Notes under the pieces: model-generated
Database searches by the model: none
Seen by the model: only the letters and a program-made list of their open reading frames with translations
Told to the model about the DNA's origin: nothing
Part shown: one piece after another, positions 37,737-46,683 of the stretch
Numbering within the stretch: position 1 is the first letter of the stretch
How the letters are laid out: each line of letters opens with the position of its first letter
Translations under genes and position numbers: made by a program
Assembly (NCBI GenBank): GCA_964578245.1
Contig: CAZOCL010000004.1
Span: forward strand, 39-64,038
Reading direction: 5' to 3'
Origin: an uncultured Klebsiella sp.
GTDB taxonomy: Bacteria > Verrucomicrobiota > Verrucomicrobiia > Limisphaerales > SXTU01
DNA length: 64,000 nucleotides

Positions 37737-38177
37737 ATGGTCAACCCCTTCAAAGAGGTCAACTGGAACCCGGACACGGCGGCCCGGCGCACGTTCGCCA
37801 AGAGCCTCATCATCGGCTTCCCGTGCCTTGCGGTCGTCCTGCTGCTCGCCGGCTATTTCACCGGCAAGGGCTGGAACTTCGGCCCTTCATTGAAGCTCGG
37901 CGGCATCGGAGCGGCGGCGGGCGTGCTCTTTTATGCGGTCCCGGCCATCGCCAGGCCCTTCTATCTGGTGTGGTATGCGCTGGCCTGTTGCATGGGCCTG
38001 GTGGTGGGCAACGTGGTGCTGGCCTTGATTTTCTACGTGCTCGTCACGGGCATCGGCCTGATCAAGCGCCTCGGCGGCAGCCAGCCCATCCGCAAGACGC
38101 CCGATCCGCTGGCGAAAACTTACTGGCTCGACGCCCCGCCCTCGTCCAACCTGAAGCGTTACTTCAGTCAGTTTTGA
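37737..38177 (+). CDS. SxtJ-like small membrane protein
   Basis: 146 aa with two to three TM helices. The C-terminal ...VTGIGLIKRLGGSQPIRKTPDPLAKTYWLD...YFSQF resembles the SxtJ family tail as I remember it. Carbamoyltransferase neighbourhood. Confidence 0.55.
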   Translation: MVNPFKEVNWNPDTAARRTFAKSLIIGFPCLAVVLLLAGYFTGKGWNFGPSLKLGGIGAAAGVLFYAVPAIARPFYLVWYALACCMGLVVGNVVLALIFYVLVTGIGLIKRLGGSQPIRKTPDPLAKTYWLDAPPSSNLKRYFSQF

Positions 38178-38181
38178 ATTT

Positions 38182-38379
38182 ATGAGCGACCAGAAGCCAA
38201 ACGAGTTTGAGCAGGCCAACCAACAGGCGCAGGCCGGCATCGTGAAAGAGTTCATCGCCTTCCTCCGCGAGAACAAAAAGTTCTGGCTGATCCCGCTGCT
38301 GCTGGCCTTCCTTGCCATCGGCGCGTTGCTCATCCTCGGCGGCACGGCAGCGGCCCCGTTCATCTACACGCTGTTTTGA
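38182..38379 (+). CDS. DUF5989 (SxtK-like) small membrane protein
   Basis: 65 aa. IVKEFIAFLRENKKFWLIPLLLAFLAIGALLILGGTAAAPFIYTLF, with the family-typical KKxWL(I/L)P helix and APFIYTLF end. Confidence 0.65.
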   Translation: MSDQKPNEFEQANQQAQAGIVKEFIAFLRENKKFWLIPLLLAFLAIGALLILGGTAAAPFIYTLF

Positions 38380-38508
38380 GCGGAGCGCTGGCGTCCTGGA
38401 TCCGGCCCGGCGCATGTCCCACTGGGCATGGCGGAGCTCCACCATGGGAGAACTTTCCACAACCAGCCACTGGGTCCGGCCTGGTGTGCCATTGCGGCTA
38501 TTTTTGAT

Positions 38509-39534
38509 ATGAGCAGTCCTGCAGTCCCCTCCTCTCCTCCGGCTCAACCCCTGCGCCTCGGCGTCATCGGCTGCGGCCACTGGGGCCCCAACCACATCCG
38601 CGTCTTCTCCCAGCTCAAGGGCTGCACCGTGGTCGCCATCGCCGACGCGAGCGAGCAGCGCCTCGCCGTCGTCTGCGAGCTGTTCCCGCACGTGCGCGGC
38701 TTTCGCGATCACCGCGAGCTGCTGCGCGAGGGCGGCGTGGACGCCGTCGTGGTGGTCACGCCGACGCGCACGCATTTCACCGTCGTCACCGACGCGCTCA
38801 ACGCCGGCAAGCACGTCCTCTGCGAAAAACCGCTCTGCACCGAGCCGGCCGAGGGCGAGCAACTCGTCGCGCTGGCCCGCCAGCAGGGGCTGGTCCTCAT
38901 GGTCGGCCACATCTTCCTCTTCAACCCCGGCATCTTGAAGGTGAAGGAACTCATTGATTCCGGCGAGATCGGCACGATCCGTTCGCTCTCCGCCGTGCGC
39001 ACCAACCTCGGTCCCGTGCGGGGTGACGTGAACGCCGCCTGGGACCTGGCCTCGCACGACATCGCGGTCTTCAACTGGCTGCTCAACGCCGAGCCCGTGG
39101 ACGTGCAGGCGATGGGCGCGGCCTTTCTCCAGCCCGGCATCGAGGACGTGGTCAACATCAGCCTCAAGTATCCCGGCAACGTGCTCGGCTCAATCCAGTG
39201 CAGCTGGCTCGACCCCAAGAAGGTCCGGCAGATGACCGTCGTGGGCAGCCAGCGCATGATCACTTGGGACGACCTCGCGCTATCCAATCCGGTGGCCGTG
39301 TATGAGAAGTCCGTGGACACCAAGCGCGAGGTGACGGACTACGGCGAATTCCTCCGGCTCTCGATGCGCGATGGCGACGTGCGTCTGCCCAAGGTCCAGG
39401 GCGAGGAGCCGCTCAAGGCGCAGGACAGCGCGTTTGTCCGCGCCGTGCGGGAGGGCAGCGTGCCGCGCTCGGATGGAACTTTCGCCCTCGGTGTCGTGCG
39501 CACGCTGCGCCGCATTGCGGAAGCCCTGGCCTGA
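38509..39534 (+). CDS. Gfo/Idh/MocA oxidoreductase (WbpB/WlbA-like UDP-sugar 3-dehydrogenase candidate)
   Basis: ATG 38509 is codon 28 of track ORF 38428-39534. LRLGVIGCGHWGPNHIRVF...LCEKPL. It is followed by LbH acetyltransferase and DegT aminotransferase genes. Confidence 0.75.
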   Translation: MSSPAVPSSPPAQPLRLGVIGCGHWGPNHIRVFSQLKGCTVVAIADASEQRLAVVCELFPHVRGFRDHRELLREGGVDAVVVVTPTRTHFTVVTDALNAGKHVLCEKPLCTEPAEGEQLVALARQQGLVLMVGHIFLFNPGILKVKELIDSGEIGTIRSLSAVRTNLGPVRGDVNAAWDLASHDIAVFNWLLNAEPVDVQAMGAAFLQPGIEDVVNISLKYPGNVLGSIQCSWLDPKKVRQMTVVGSQRMITWDDLALSNPVAVYEKSVDTKREVTDYGEFLRLSMRDGDVRLPKVQGEEPLKAQDSAFVRAVREGSVPRSDGTFALGVVRTLRRIAEALA

Positions 39535-39540
39535 ACCGAA

Positions 39541-40152
39541 ATGAAGCCGCCCAAGTTCTTCGCCCACCCCACCGCCCTCGCGGAGAGCACGCAGATCGGC
39601 GCGGGCACGCGCATCTGGGCCTACGCTCATGTTCTCCGTGGAGCCAGGATCGGCCGCGATTGCAACGTTGGCGACCATGCCTTCGTGGAGGGTGGCGCGG
39701 TCATCGGCCACCGCGTCACGGTTAAAAACGGCGTGATGGTCTGGGACGGCGTGAAGATCGAGGACGATGTATTTGTCGGCCCAGGTGTGCTCTTTACCAA
39801 TGACATGATGCCGCGCTCGCCGCGCCTGCCCCTGGCCGCCGCCCGCTACCACACGAAGGACTGGCTCGTGCCCACCCGGATCAAACGCGGCGCAAGCCTC
39901 GGTGCCGGTGCCATCATTGTGTGCGGGGTCACCGTTGGCCGGTTCGCGATGATTGGCGCGGGAGCCGTCGTGACGCAGGATGTCCCCGACCATGCGCTCG
40001 TCACCGGTGTGTCCGCCAAGGTGCGCGGCTGGGTCTCCGAGACGGGCCGCAAGCTGGAATTCGGCACCGACAACACCGCCACCTGTCCCGATACGAACAC
40101 CCGCTGGCGGCTCGTTGGCGGCCGCCGCCTCGTGCGCGTGAGCGCTGCCTGA
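39541..40152 (+). CDS. left-handed beta-helix N-acetyltransferase (WbpD/WlbB-like)
   Basis: FAHPTALAESTQIGAGTRIWAYAHVLRGARIGRDCNVGDHAFVEGGAVIGHRVTVKNGVMVWDGVKIEDDVFVGPGVLFTND shows hexapeptide repeats. Confidence 0.8.
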   Translation: MKPPKFFAHPTALAESTQIGAGTRIWAYAHVLRGARIGRDCNVGDHAFVEGGAVIGHRVTVKNGVMVWDGVKIEDDVFVGPGVLFTNDMMPRSPRLPLAAARYHTKDWLVPTRIKRGASLGAGAIIVCGVTVGRFAMIGAGAVVTQDVPDHALVTGVSAKVRGWVSETGRKLEFGTDNTATCPDTNTRWRLVGGRRLVRVSAA

Positions 40153-40238
40153 TGAAATCCGTTGCTGGCATGCCTCGACCAACTTTCCCGTCCAGTGTTA
40201 CTGCGGCCTTCCCCTGCCAACCGAAGTGGACTGCGTGG

Positions 40239-40277
40239 CTCCCTCTCCCAGCGGGAGAGGGCTGGGGTGAGGGAGAG
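40239..40277. repeat. solo GC-rich palindromic repeat unit (CCCTCTCCC-AGC-GGGAGAGGG followed by GGGGTGAGGGAGAG)
   Basis: Seen directly. 9-bp stem and 3-nt loop at 40241-40261. Near-identical to the right end of the composite element at 58189-58325 (58288-58325). Confidence 0.8.
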
Positions 40278-40380
40278 CGCGTGCAGGCATCCACGACGCA
40301 GTTCATGAGCCGGTGCTCGCGCACCGCATCGGCGGACTTTCGTTTTTATCAAGCCTAGGTAGAAATCCACTTTTCGTTCC

Positions 40381-41484
40381 ATGCAAAAAACATCCATCCA
40401 GTTCGTTGACCTCCGTCGCCAGTATCAGAACATCCAGCCGGAGATTGACGCCGCCATCCTGCGCGCCGTGGGTCGTGGCGACTTCATCCTTGGCGAGGAC
40501 ACCCGCGAGTTCGAAAAAGAATTCGCCGCCTTCAACCAGGCCCGGCACTGCGTCGGTGTTGGCGACGGCACGGACGCACTGCACCTCGCCTTGCGCGCGC
40601 TGAACATTGGCCCGGGCGACGAGGTGATCGTGCCCACGAACACTTACATCGCCAGCGTGCTTGCCATCTCGAACACCGGCGCACGGCCGGTGCTCGTGGA
40701 CTGCGAGCCGGACTACTATTGCATTGATGTGAAGGCCGTGGAGCGCGCCCTCACCCCGCGCACCAAGGCGATCATGCCTGTGCATCTCTACGGCCATCCG
40801 GCGGACATGGATCCCTTGTTGCAGATCGCGAAAGACCGTCACCTTGCCATCGTCGAGGACACCGCGCAAGGCCACGGCGCGACTTACAAGGGCCGGCTCT
40901 GCGGCACCATTGGCGACATCAGCGGCTTCAGCTTCTATCCCGGCAAGAACCTCGGTGCCTATGGTGACGGCGGGGCGGTCGTGACGAACCGCTCCGAACT
41001 CGCCGAACGCGTCTCCCTCCTGCGCAATTACGGTCAGAAGGTGAAATACGTGCACACGATGAAGGGCTACAACTCGCGCCTCGACACCGTGCAGGCCGCG
41101 ATCCTCCGGGTGAAACTCCGCTACCTCGCGCAATGGAACGACCAGCGCCGCGCCGCCGCCGCGCGCTACACGGAACTGCTCGCGGGCACGAAGCTCGGGC
41201 TCCCGAAGGTCGCGCCCTCAGCCAATCCCGTCTGGCATCTCTATGTGGTGCAGACGGATCGTCGCGCGGACTTGCAGAAGGCGCTGGACGCGGCAGGCGT
41301 TTCGCACGGCATCCATTACCCCATCCCGGTTCATCTGCAGGAGGCGTATCAGGACCTGGGTCACAAACCCGGGGACTTCCCGGTCGCCGAGGCGCTCGCG
41401 GGCCGCATCCTCTCGCTGCCGATGTTCCCGGAGCTGACGCCTGACGAATCGCAGCGTGTCGCGCAGGCGTGCGCGGGGTTCTGA
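40381..41484 (+). CDS. DegT/DnrJ/EryC1/StrS aminotransferase (WbpE/WlbC-like)
   Basis: [44 protein letters not shown]...[15 protein letters not shown] (PLP lysine). Confidence 0.9.
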   Translation: MQKTSIQFVDLRRQYQNIQPEIDAAILRAVGRGDFILGEDTREFEKEFAAFNQARHCVGVGDGTDALHLALRALNIGPGDEVIVPTNTYIASVLAISNTGARPVLVDCEPDYYCIDVKAVERALTPRTKAIMPVHLYGHPADMDPLLQIAKDRHLAIVEDTAQGHGATYKGRLCGTIGDISGFSFYPGKNLGAYGDGGAVVTNRSELAERVSLLRNYGQKVKYVHTMKGYNSRLDTVQAAILRVKLRYLAQWNDQRRAAAARYTELLAGTKLGLPKVAPSANPVWHLYVVQTDRRADLQKALDAAGVSHGIHYPIPVHLQEAYQDLGHKPGDFPVAEALAGRILSLPMFPELTPDESQRVAQACAGF

Positions 41485-41499
41485 CGCCGCCGGCCGGCC

Positions 41500-42657
41500 A
41501 TGCAAGTCGTCCTCACCGTGGCCGCGCTCGTTCCCGAGAGCGGCGGCCCCTCGCGCAGCGTGCCGGCGCTGGCCGACGCACTGGTGCGCGCCGGACGCGG
41601 AGCGCATGTGGTGGCGCTGGATTTCCAGGCGCAGTTTTCGCCACCGCTGCTGCCCCGGGAAGCGAAAGTGGGCGTCACGCTCGTGCCCTGTAGCACGCGA
41701 TTCAGCCGCGCGACTCGCTACAGCCGGGGCTTTGAGCAGGCACTGCACGAACGTCTGGCCAGTGATAACGCGTCGATCCTGCACGATAACGGCGTCTGGC
41801 TGGGCACGAACTATCTCGCCGCCCGCGTGGCCCGGGCGACGCGAAGGCCCTTCATCATCAGCCCGCGCGGCATGCTCACAAGCTGGGCGATCCGCCATCA
41901 CAGTTGGGGCAAGCGCCTCGCGTGGCACGTCTACCAGCGGCGTGCGATGGCTTCCGCTACGCTGCTGCATGCGACGTCCACCGAGGAAGCGGAGGGCCTC
42001 CGCGCCCTAGGTTGTCGGCAGCCCATCGCGTTGATTCCCAACGGCGTCGCGTCTGCGCCAACCGATCTCCCCCGAACCACCGCTCCGCTTCGTCGTGCGC
42101 TGTTCCTCTCGCGGGTGCATCCGAAGAAGGGGCTGCTGGACTTGATCTCCGTTTGGTCCGAGCTGAAGCCGCCCGGCTGGGAGCTGGTCATCGCCGGTGA
42201 CGACGATGGTGGTCACGCGGCGGAAGTGGAAGCAGCGATCCGCGCTACCGGGTTGGAACAGAGCTGCCGCCTGATTGGCCCGGTGGGCGACGACGACAAA
42301 TGGGCGAGCTATGCGGCAGCCGATTTGTTTGTGCTGCCGAGCTACAGCGAGAACTTCGGTCTGGTCATCGCCGAGGCGCTCGGCTGCGGCGTGCCAGTGA
42401 TTGCCACCACGGCCACGCCGTGGACCGGCGTCGAGTCCCGCCAGTGCGGCTGGTGCGTGCCACCGGGACGCGACGCCCTCCGACCCGCGCTCGCGCAGGC
42501 GCTCGCCTTGAGCCGCGATGAACTACAGCAAATGGGCGCACGGGGCCGCACCTGGGTGAGTGCCGAATACTCCTGGGACCAGGCCGCGCAGCAACTCGGC
42601 GAAGTCTATGAATTCCTCCTCGGCCAGCGCGCCCGGCCGGCCACGGTGCAAACCTGA
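41500..42657 (+). CDS. glycosyltransferase family 4
   Basis: DLFVLPSYSENFGLVIAEALGCGVPVIATTATPW. Confidence 0.85.
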   Translation: MQVVLTVAALVPESGGPSRSVPALADALVRAGRGAHVVALDFQAQFSPPLLPREAKVGVTLVPCSTRFSRATRYSRGFEQALHERLASDNASILHDNGVWLGTNYLAARVARATRRPFIISPRGMLTSWAIRHHSWGKRLAWHVYQRRAMASATLLHATSTEEAEGLRALGCRQPIALIPNGVASAPTDLPRTTAPLRRALFLSRVHPKKGLLDLISVWSELKPPGWELVIAGDDDGGHAAEVEAAIRATGLEQSCRLIGPVGDDDKWASYAAADLFVLPSYSENFGLVIAEALGCGVPVIATTATPWTGVESRQCGWCVPPGRDALRPALAQALALSRDELQQMGARGRTWVSAEYSWDQAAQQLGEVYEFLLGQRARPATVQT

Positions 42658-42717
42658 CCCCGGGGACTGTCTTTGAAGCAACGGCACGACGCTGAGCAGA
42701 AGCAAACCGATTGGATC

Positions 42718-42781
42718 ACAGAGACACGATGAACACAGAGAAGACACCGAAGAGAAATCGCTGTGTTCATCGTGTCTCTGT
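42718..42781. repeat. perfect 21-bp inverted repeat (ACAGAGACACGATGAACACAG / complement) with a 22-nt purine-rich loop
   Basis: Verified base by base. Arms are 42718-42738 and 42761-42781. Imperfect extension TTGGAT/GTCCAA at 42711-42716 and 42783-42788. Confidence 0.9.
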
Positions 42782-42897
42782 AGTCCAATTTCTGGCGGGC
42801 AATTCCTCGCCCGAGCACTCTTTGTCCGCCTCAAATCTTTGGGTAATCTCTTTGCGTCTTAGCGCCTTTGCGTCAAATCTCGGCCGCTGGATTTAGC

Positions 42898-43731
42898 ATG
42901 AATGCCCCCGCCACCTCGGCCACTGGTTTCCCCGCCGCCATTACTCCGGTGGTGCTGGCATTCAACGAGGAGGCGAACCTGGACCGCACACTCGGTCAGC
43001 TTAAATGGGCCGGCCGGGTCATCGTCATGGACAGCTTCAGCACGGACGAGACCCTGGCCATCTGCGCGCGGTTTCCGAATGTCGAGGTCGTCCAGCGCAA
43101 GTTCGACAACCCGTGGAACCAGTTGAACCACGGCATTGATCTCGTCCAGACGGAATGGGTGATGGTGCTCGGCGCGGACTACGTGCTGACCAACGAACTG
43201 GTCGCCGAGCTGGCCGCGCTGCAGCCCTCCGCCGACACCCACGCCTACGTCAGCTCGTTCTACTACTGCATCAACGGCCGGCCGCTGCGCGGCTCCCTCT
43301 ATCCCCCGCGCGAACTGATCTTCCGCAAGAGCTGCGGCCGCTACGCCGATGACGGCCACACGGAAAGCCTGGTCTGGAAGGGCAACGCGCAGCGACTGCG
43401 CCACCGCGTCCACCACGACGACCGCAAGCCGCTGAGCCGCTGGCTGGCCTCGCAGGACCGCTACTCCAAGCTCGAAGCGGTGAAGCTCACCTCGGTGCCG
43501 GCCTCCGCGCTCGGCTTCAACGACCGTGTCCGCGCCACCATCATCCTCGGTCCGCCGGCTGCGCTGATATACACCCTCTTCGTGGGGGGCGTGATCCTGG
43601 ATGGCTGGCCCGGCTGGTATTACGCCTTCCAGCGTCTGCTCGCAGAAACCATTTTGTCCCTCCGCCTCCTCGAAGCGAAATTCACCGCCCAGGACGGGAG
43701 CGCGGCCTTCAGGCCGCAGAAACGTGAGTAA
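42898..43731 (+). CDS. glycosyltransferase family 2
   Basis: ATG 42898 is codon 11 of the track ORF. ITPVVLAFNEEANLDRTLGQLKWAGRVIVMDSFSTDETLAI...VLGADY. Confidence 0.8.
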   Translation: MNAPATSATGFPAAITPVVLAFNEEANLDRTLGQLKWAGRVIVMDSFSTDETLAICARFPNVEVVQRKFDNPWNQLNHGIDLVQTEWVMVLGADYVLTNELVAELAALQPSADTHAYVSSFYYCINGRPLRGSLYPPRELIFRKSCGRYADDGHTESLVWKGNAQRLRHRVHHDDRKPLSRWLASQDRYSKLEAVKLTSVPASALGFNDRVRATIILGPPAALIYTLFVGGVILDGWPGWYYAFQRLLAETILSLRLLEAKFTAQDGSAAFRPQKRE

Positions 43732-43778
43732 GCAGATGGCGCGCTGATCACATTTACATCGCCCCTCTTTTCCCCGCC

Positions 43779-43810
43779 AGCGCACCCTCCCGGTGCGCTT
43801 TTTCTTTTCT
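43779..43810 (+). terminator. rho-independent terminator
   Basis: AGCGCACC (43779-43786), 5-nt loop, GGTGCGCT (43792-43799), then TTTTTCTTTTCT. It lies 48 nt after the GT2 stop. Confidence 0.8.
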
Positions 43811-43886
43811 CCGGCCGCTCCCGGCAACAGACTTCACGCACCGGCCGCGCTCGTGCAAGCCGCTCCGGTCGTTGTTACAACCAACC

Positions 43887-45668
43887 ATGTCCACCGCCTT
43901 CATCCGCAGCTTCCTGGCCTATGCGGGCGCGCGCGCGTTCGTCGCCATGGCGCTGGTGCTCGCGCTGGCGTGCGTGGAGGCGGCGAGCCTGCTGCTGCTG
44001 GTGCCGCTGGTGGAGCTGCTCGGGCTGGGCCAGGTGCAGGCTGCGGCGAATCTGGGAAGCGTCTGGCGGAAGGTCTTTGCCGCCTTCGGCATTCCGGCGA
44101 ATTTCGAGCTGGTGGTGGGCGCGTTCGTCGGCCTGCTGATCGTGCAGGCCGGTCTGCGCCGGGCTTCCGACATGCTCAATGCGCGCGTCGAGGCCGGTTA
44201 CACCGCGTATCTGCGTGACCGGCTCTACGAATCGCTGGTGCAGGCGCGCTGGCTGGCGTTCACGCGGCTGCGCGCGGCCGACATCACGCGCACCCTCACC
44301 CAGGAGGTGGATCATGCGAGCTTCGCCGCGCAGCAGGGGCTTTCCCTCATCAGCGTGTGCTGCCTCGCCCTTGTGCATGTCACCATGGCGACCGTCCTGT
44401 CACCGTCGCTGACTGCGCTGGCACTGGGCTGCGGGGTGGTGCTCGCGCTGGTGCTGCGGCCGCTCAACCGCCGCTCGCACGAGGCTGGCAAGGCGAGCCA
44501 GACGCTGCGCGCCGAGCTGAACACCGCCATCGCCGAGCACCTCGCGGGTTTCAAGGTCGCCAAGAGCCACGGACGCGGCAGCCACCATCTGGAGCGCTTC
44601 CGCCGCGCGACGCACGCGCTGGCCGGGCACGTCATCGAGTCACGCCAGATCTTCTCCGCCACGCGCGTGTATTTCGAACTGGCCGGCTGGGTGGCGCTGA
44701 TGTTCTTCCTCTACGTCGCGGTCAAGTGGGCCCAGCTCGGCACCGCGCAACTGGTGCTCATGGTCTTCGTGTTCACCCGCCTGCTGCCGCGCATCGGCGC
44801 GATTCAAGGCACCTGGCAGCACATCGTCCACTACCAGCCGGCCTACGCGGCGGTGGAGAAGCTGCGCACCGAGTTCCTCGCCGCCCGCGAGGAACTGGAC
44901 GGCGGAACCGCCCGGCTCGAACTCCAGCGCGAAATCCGCTTCGAGCACGTCTCCTTCCGTTACGATTCCACCGTGGACCGCACGGCGGTGCATGACGTGA
45001 GCCTGACCATCCCGGCCCGCCGGATGACCGCGCTGGTCGGTCCGTCCGGTGCGGGCAAGAGCACCTTGGCGGACATGCTGCTCGGCCTGCTCACCTCCGC
45101 CGAAGGCCGGGTGCTGGTGGATGGCGAGCCGCTGGATGGTGCACGGCTCGGAGCCTGGCGGAACTCCATCGGCTACGTGCCCCAGGAGCCGTTTCTCTTC
45201 CACGACACCGTCCGCGCGAACCTGCTCTGGGCCCGGCCGGAGGCCACCGAGGAGGAACTGCGCGCGGTGCTGCGCGCCGCCGCCGCGGAGGAGTTTGTCG
45301 CGCGTCTGCCCCAGGGTCTCGACACCATTGTCGGGGACCGTGGCGTGCGTCTCTCCGGTGGCGAGCGGCAGCGCCTCACCCTCGCCCGCGCCCTCCTGCG
45401 CCGTCCCACCTTGCTCCTGCTCGACGAGGCGACCAGCTCACTCGACACGGAGAACGAGCGTCTGGTCCAGGAGGCGATTGAGAAGCTCCCGGGCGAACTC
45501 ACCCTGGTCGTGATCGCCCACCGCCTCTCCACCGTGCGCAAGGCCGATCAAGTGATCGTGCTGTCCGGCGGACGGGTGGTGGAGGCGGGCACGCCGGAAG
45601 AACTGTCCCGCGTCGAAGCCGGTGTCTTTCGCCAGATGCTGCAGGCAGGCAAGACCGACGGCCTGTGA
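43887..45668 (+). CDS. ABC transporter permease/ATP-binding fusion (MsbA-like type I exporter)
   Basis: ATG 43887; TTG 43872 is an alternative. Six-TM N-terminal half, Walker A GPSGAGKST, LSGGERQR, Walker B LLLLDEATS. Confidence 0.9.
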   Translation: MSTAFIRSFLAYAGARAFVAMALVLALACVEAASLLLLVPLVELLGLGQVQAAANLGSVWRKVFAAFGIPANFELVVGAFVGLLIVQAGLRRASDMLNARVEAGYTAYLRDRLYESLVQARWLAFTRLRAADITRTLTQEVDHASFAAQQGLSLISVCCLALVHVTMATVLSPSLTALALGCGVVLALVLRPLNRRSHEAGKASQTLRAELNTAIAEHLAGFKVAKSHGRGSHHLERFRRATHALAGHVIESRQIFSATRVYFELAGWVALMFFLYVAVKWAQLGTAQLVLMVFVFTRLLPRIGAIQGTWQHIVHYQPAYAAVEKLRTEFLAAREELDGGTARLELQREIRFEHVSFRYDSTVDRTAVHDVSLTIPARRMTALVGPSGAGKSTLADMLLGLLTSAEGRVLVDGEPLDGARLGAWRNSIGYVPQEPFLFHDTVRANLLWARPEATEEELRAVLRAAAAEEFVARLPQGLDTIVGDRGVRLSGGERQRLTLARALLRRPTLLLLDEATSSLDTENERLVQEAIEKLPGELTLVVIAHRLSTVRKADQVIVLSGGRVVEAGTPEELSRVEAGVFRQMLQAGKTDGL

Positions 45669-45684
45669 TCCCAAGGTCCCGGCG

Positions 45685-46683
45685 TTAACCACGCACCGGA
45701 CCAGGTTTCCAGCCGGAGCCGGCGAACAGCCCACGCACCGCTGTCAGCGCCTCCGCCAGCCGTTCTTCACGCGTGCCACGCAGCAGTCTCCACGGAACCG
45801 GTTGCGCTGCCAGCGCCGCCTCGAACCACCCGTGCATTGCCTGCCGGATGTGCTCTCCGTCTCGTAGCCCATCCTGCACGAACGGGATTTCGTCACCCGT
45901 GAGCAGATAGAGATCGCACCGGCCCTGGCTGGCAATCGCGGCGACCTCCGGGCTGTGCGTGCCCTGATACCGGCGGTGCCAGAGGATCGTCGCAAAGGCG
46001 TTGGTGTCGCACACCAGCACGCGATTCGCCTGCCGCGCGGCCGCGTCCTCGCGCCGGGTCTGCTCGCGGGCAATGCCCACGAACTCCTCAGTGCGCCACG
46101 TGGTTTCGTTCCGCCCTACCTTGTGCGCCGAGTATTCGCGGCCATATTCCGCGACCCACGGCGTTTCCAGTTCCCGGGCCAGTGCCTGCGCCAGCGTGGT
46201 GGTGCCGGTGGACTCCGCGCCGAGCACGCAGACGCGTTTGGCGAACCAGCCCCGGACCGGTGGCTCGAGGAAATGCCAGTGTGCAAAGGGATCGCTGCGC
46301 ACGGCGGTGCCGGAGATTGGGACCCGGCCGCGCGCCTGGTCCACGAGCACATGCCGGCAGCCCATCAACGCGGCGTAACGCGCACCGTAATCTTCCGAGG
46401 TGAAGACCGTGTCGGGCGCGCGCCCGAGCCAGCGCAGCGTGTTTTCCGCCCACACGCGCGAGTCCTGCGCATCGTATCGGTCATCAATCAGCATGACCTC
46501 GGCGCTGGGATGAATTTCCCGCAGCCACGCCGCCCGCAGTTCCGCGGGGACTGGATCCTCCGGCTTGCCGCAGACGATGACGACGACACGGGCAGAGTGA
46601 GCGGAGGCGGTGTCGATGAGCAGCTTGTGCCCGTGGTGCGGCGGGAGAAACTTGCCGATGACCAGCCCCAGTCCCGCATTCAT
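45685..46683 (-). CDS. nadR: NadR-type NMN adenylyltransferase / ribosylnicotinamide kinase, lacking an N-terminal HTH
   Basis: Start is at MNAGLGLVIGKFLPPHHGHKLLID (ATG 46683, ATGA overlap with the pnuC stop). A P-loop VLGAESTGTTTLAQAL sits in the C-terminal half. Confidence 0.8.
   Translation of the reverse strand: MNAGLGLVIGKFLPPHHGHKLLIDTASAHSARVVVIVCGKPEDPVPAELRAAWLREIHPSAEVMLIDDRYDAQDSRVWAENTLRWLGRAPDTVFTSEDYGARYAALMGCRHVLVDQARGRVPISGTAVRSDPFAHWHFLEPPVRGWFAKRVCVLGAESTGTTTLAQALARELETPWVAEYGREYSAHKVGRNETTWRTEEFVGIAREQTRREDAAARQANRVLVCDTNAFATILWHRRYQGTHSPEVAAIASQGRCDLYLLTGDEIPFVQDGLRDGEHIRQAMHGWFEAALAAQPVPWRLLRGTREERLAEALTAVRGLFAGSGWKPGPVRG

Noticed and set aside
42606-42896. Small ORFs (70 aa minus, 61 aa plus) in the 42658-42897 gap
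   Set aside because: Both are produced by reading through the two arms of the perfect 21-bp inverted repeat, giving mirrored peptides (HRDTMNTE / CVHRVSV). No start context or conservation argument supports them.
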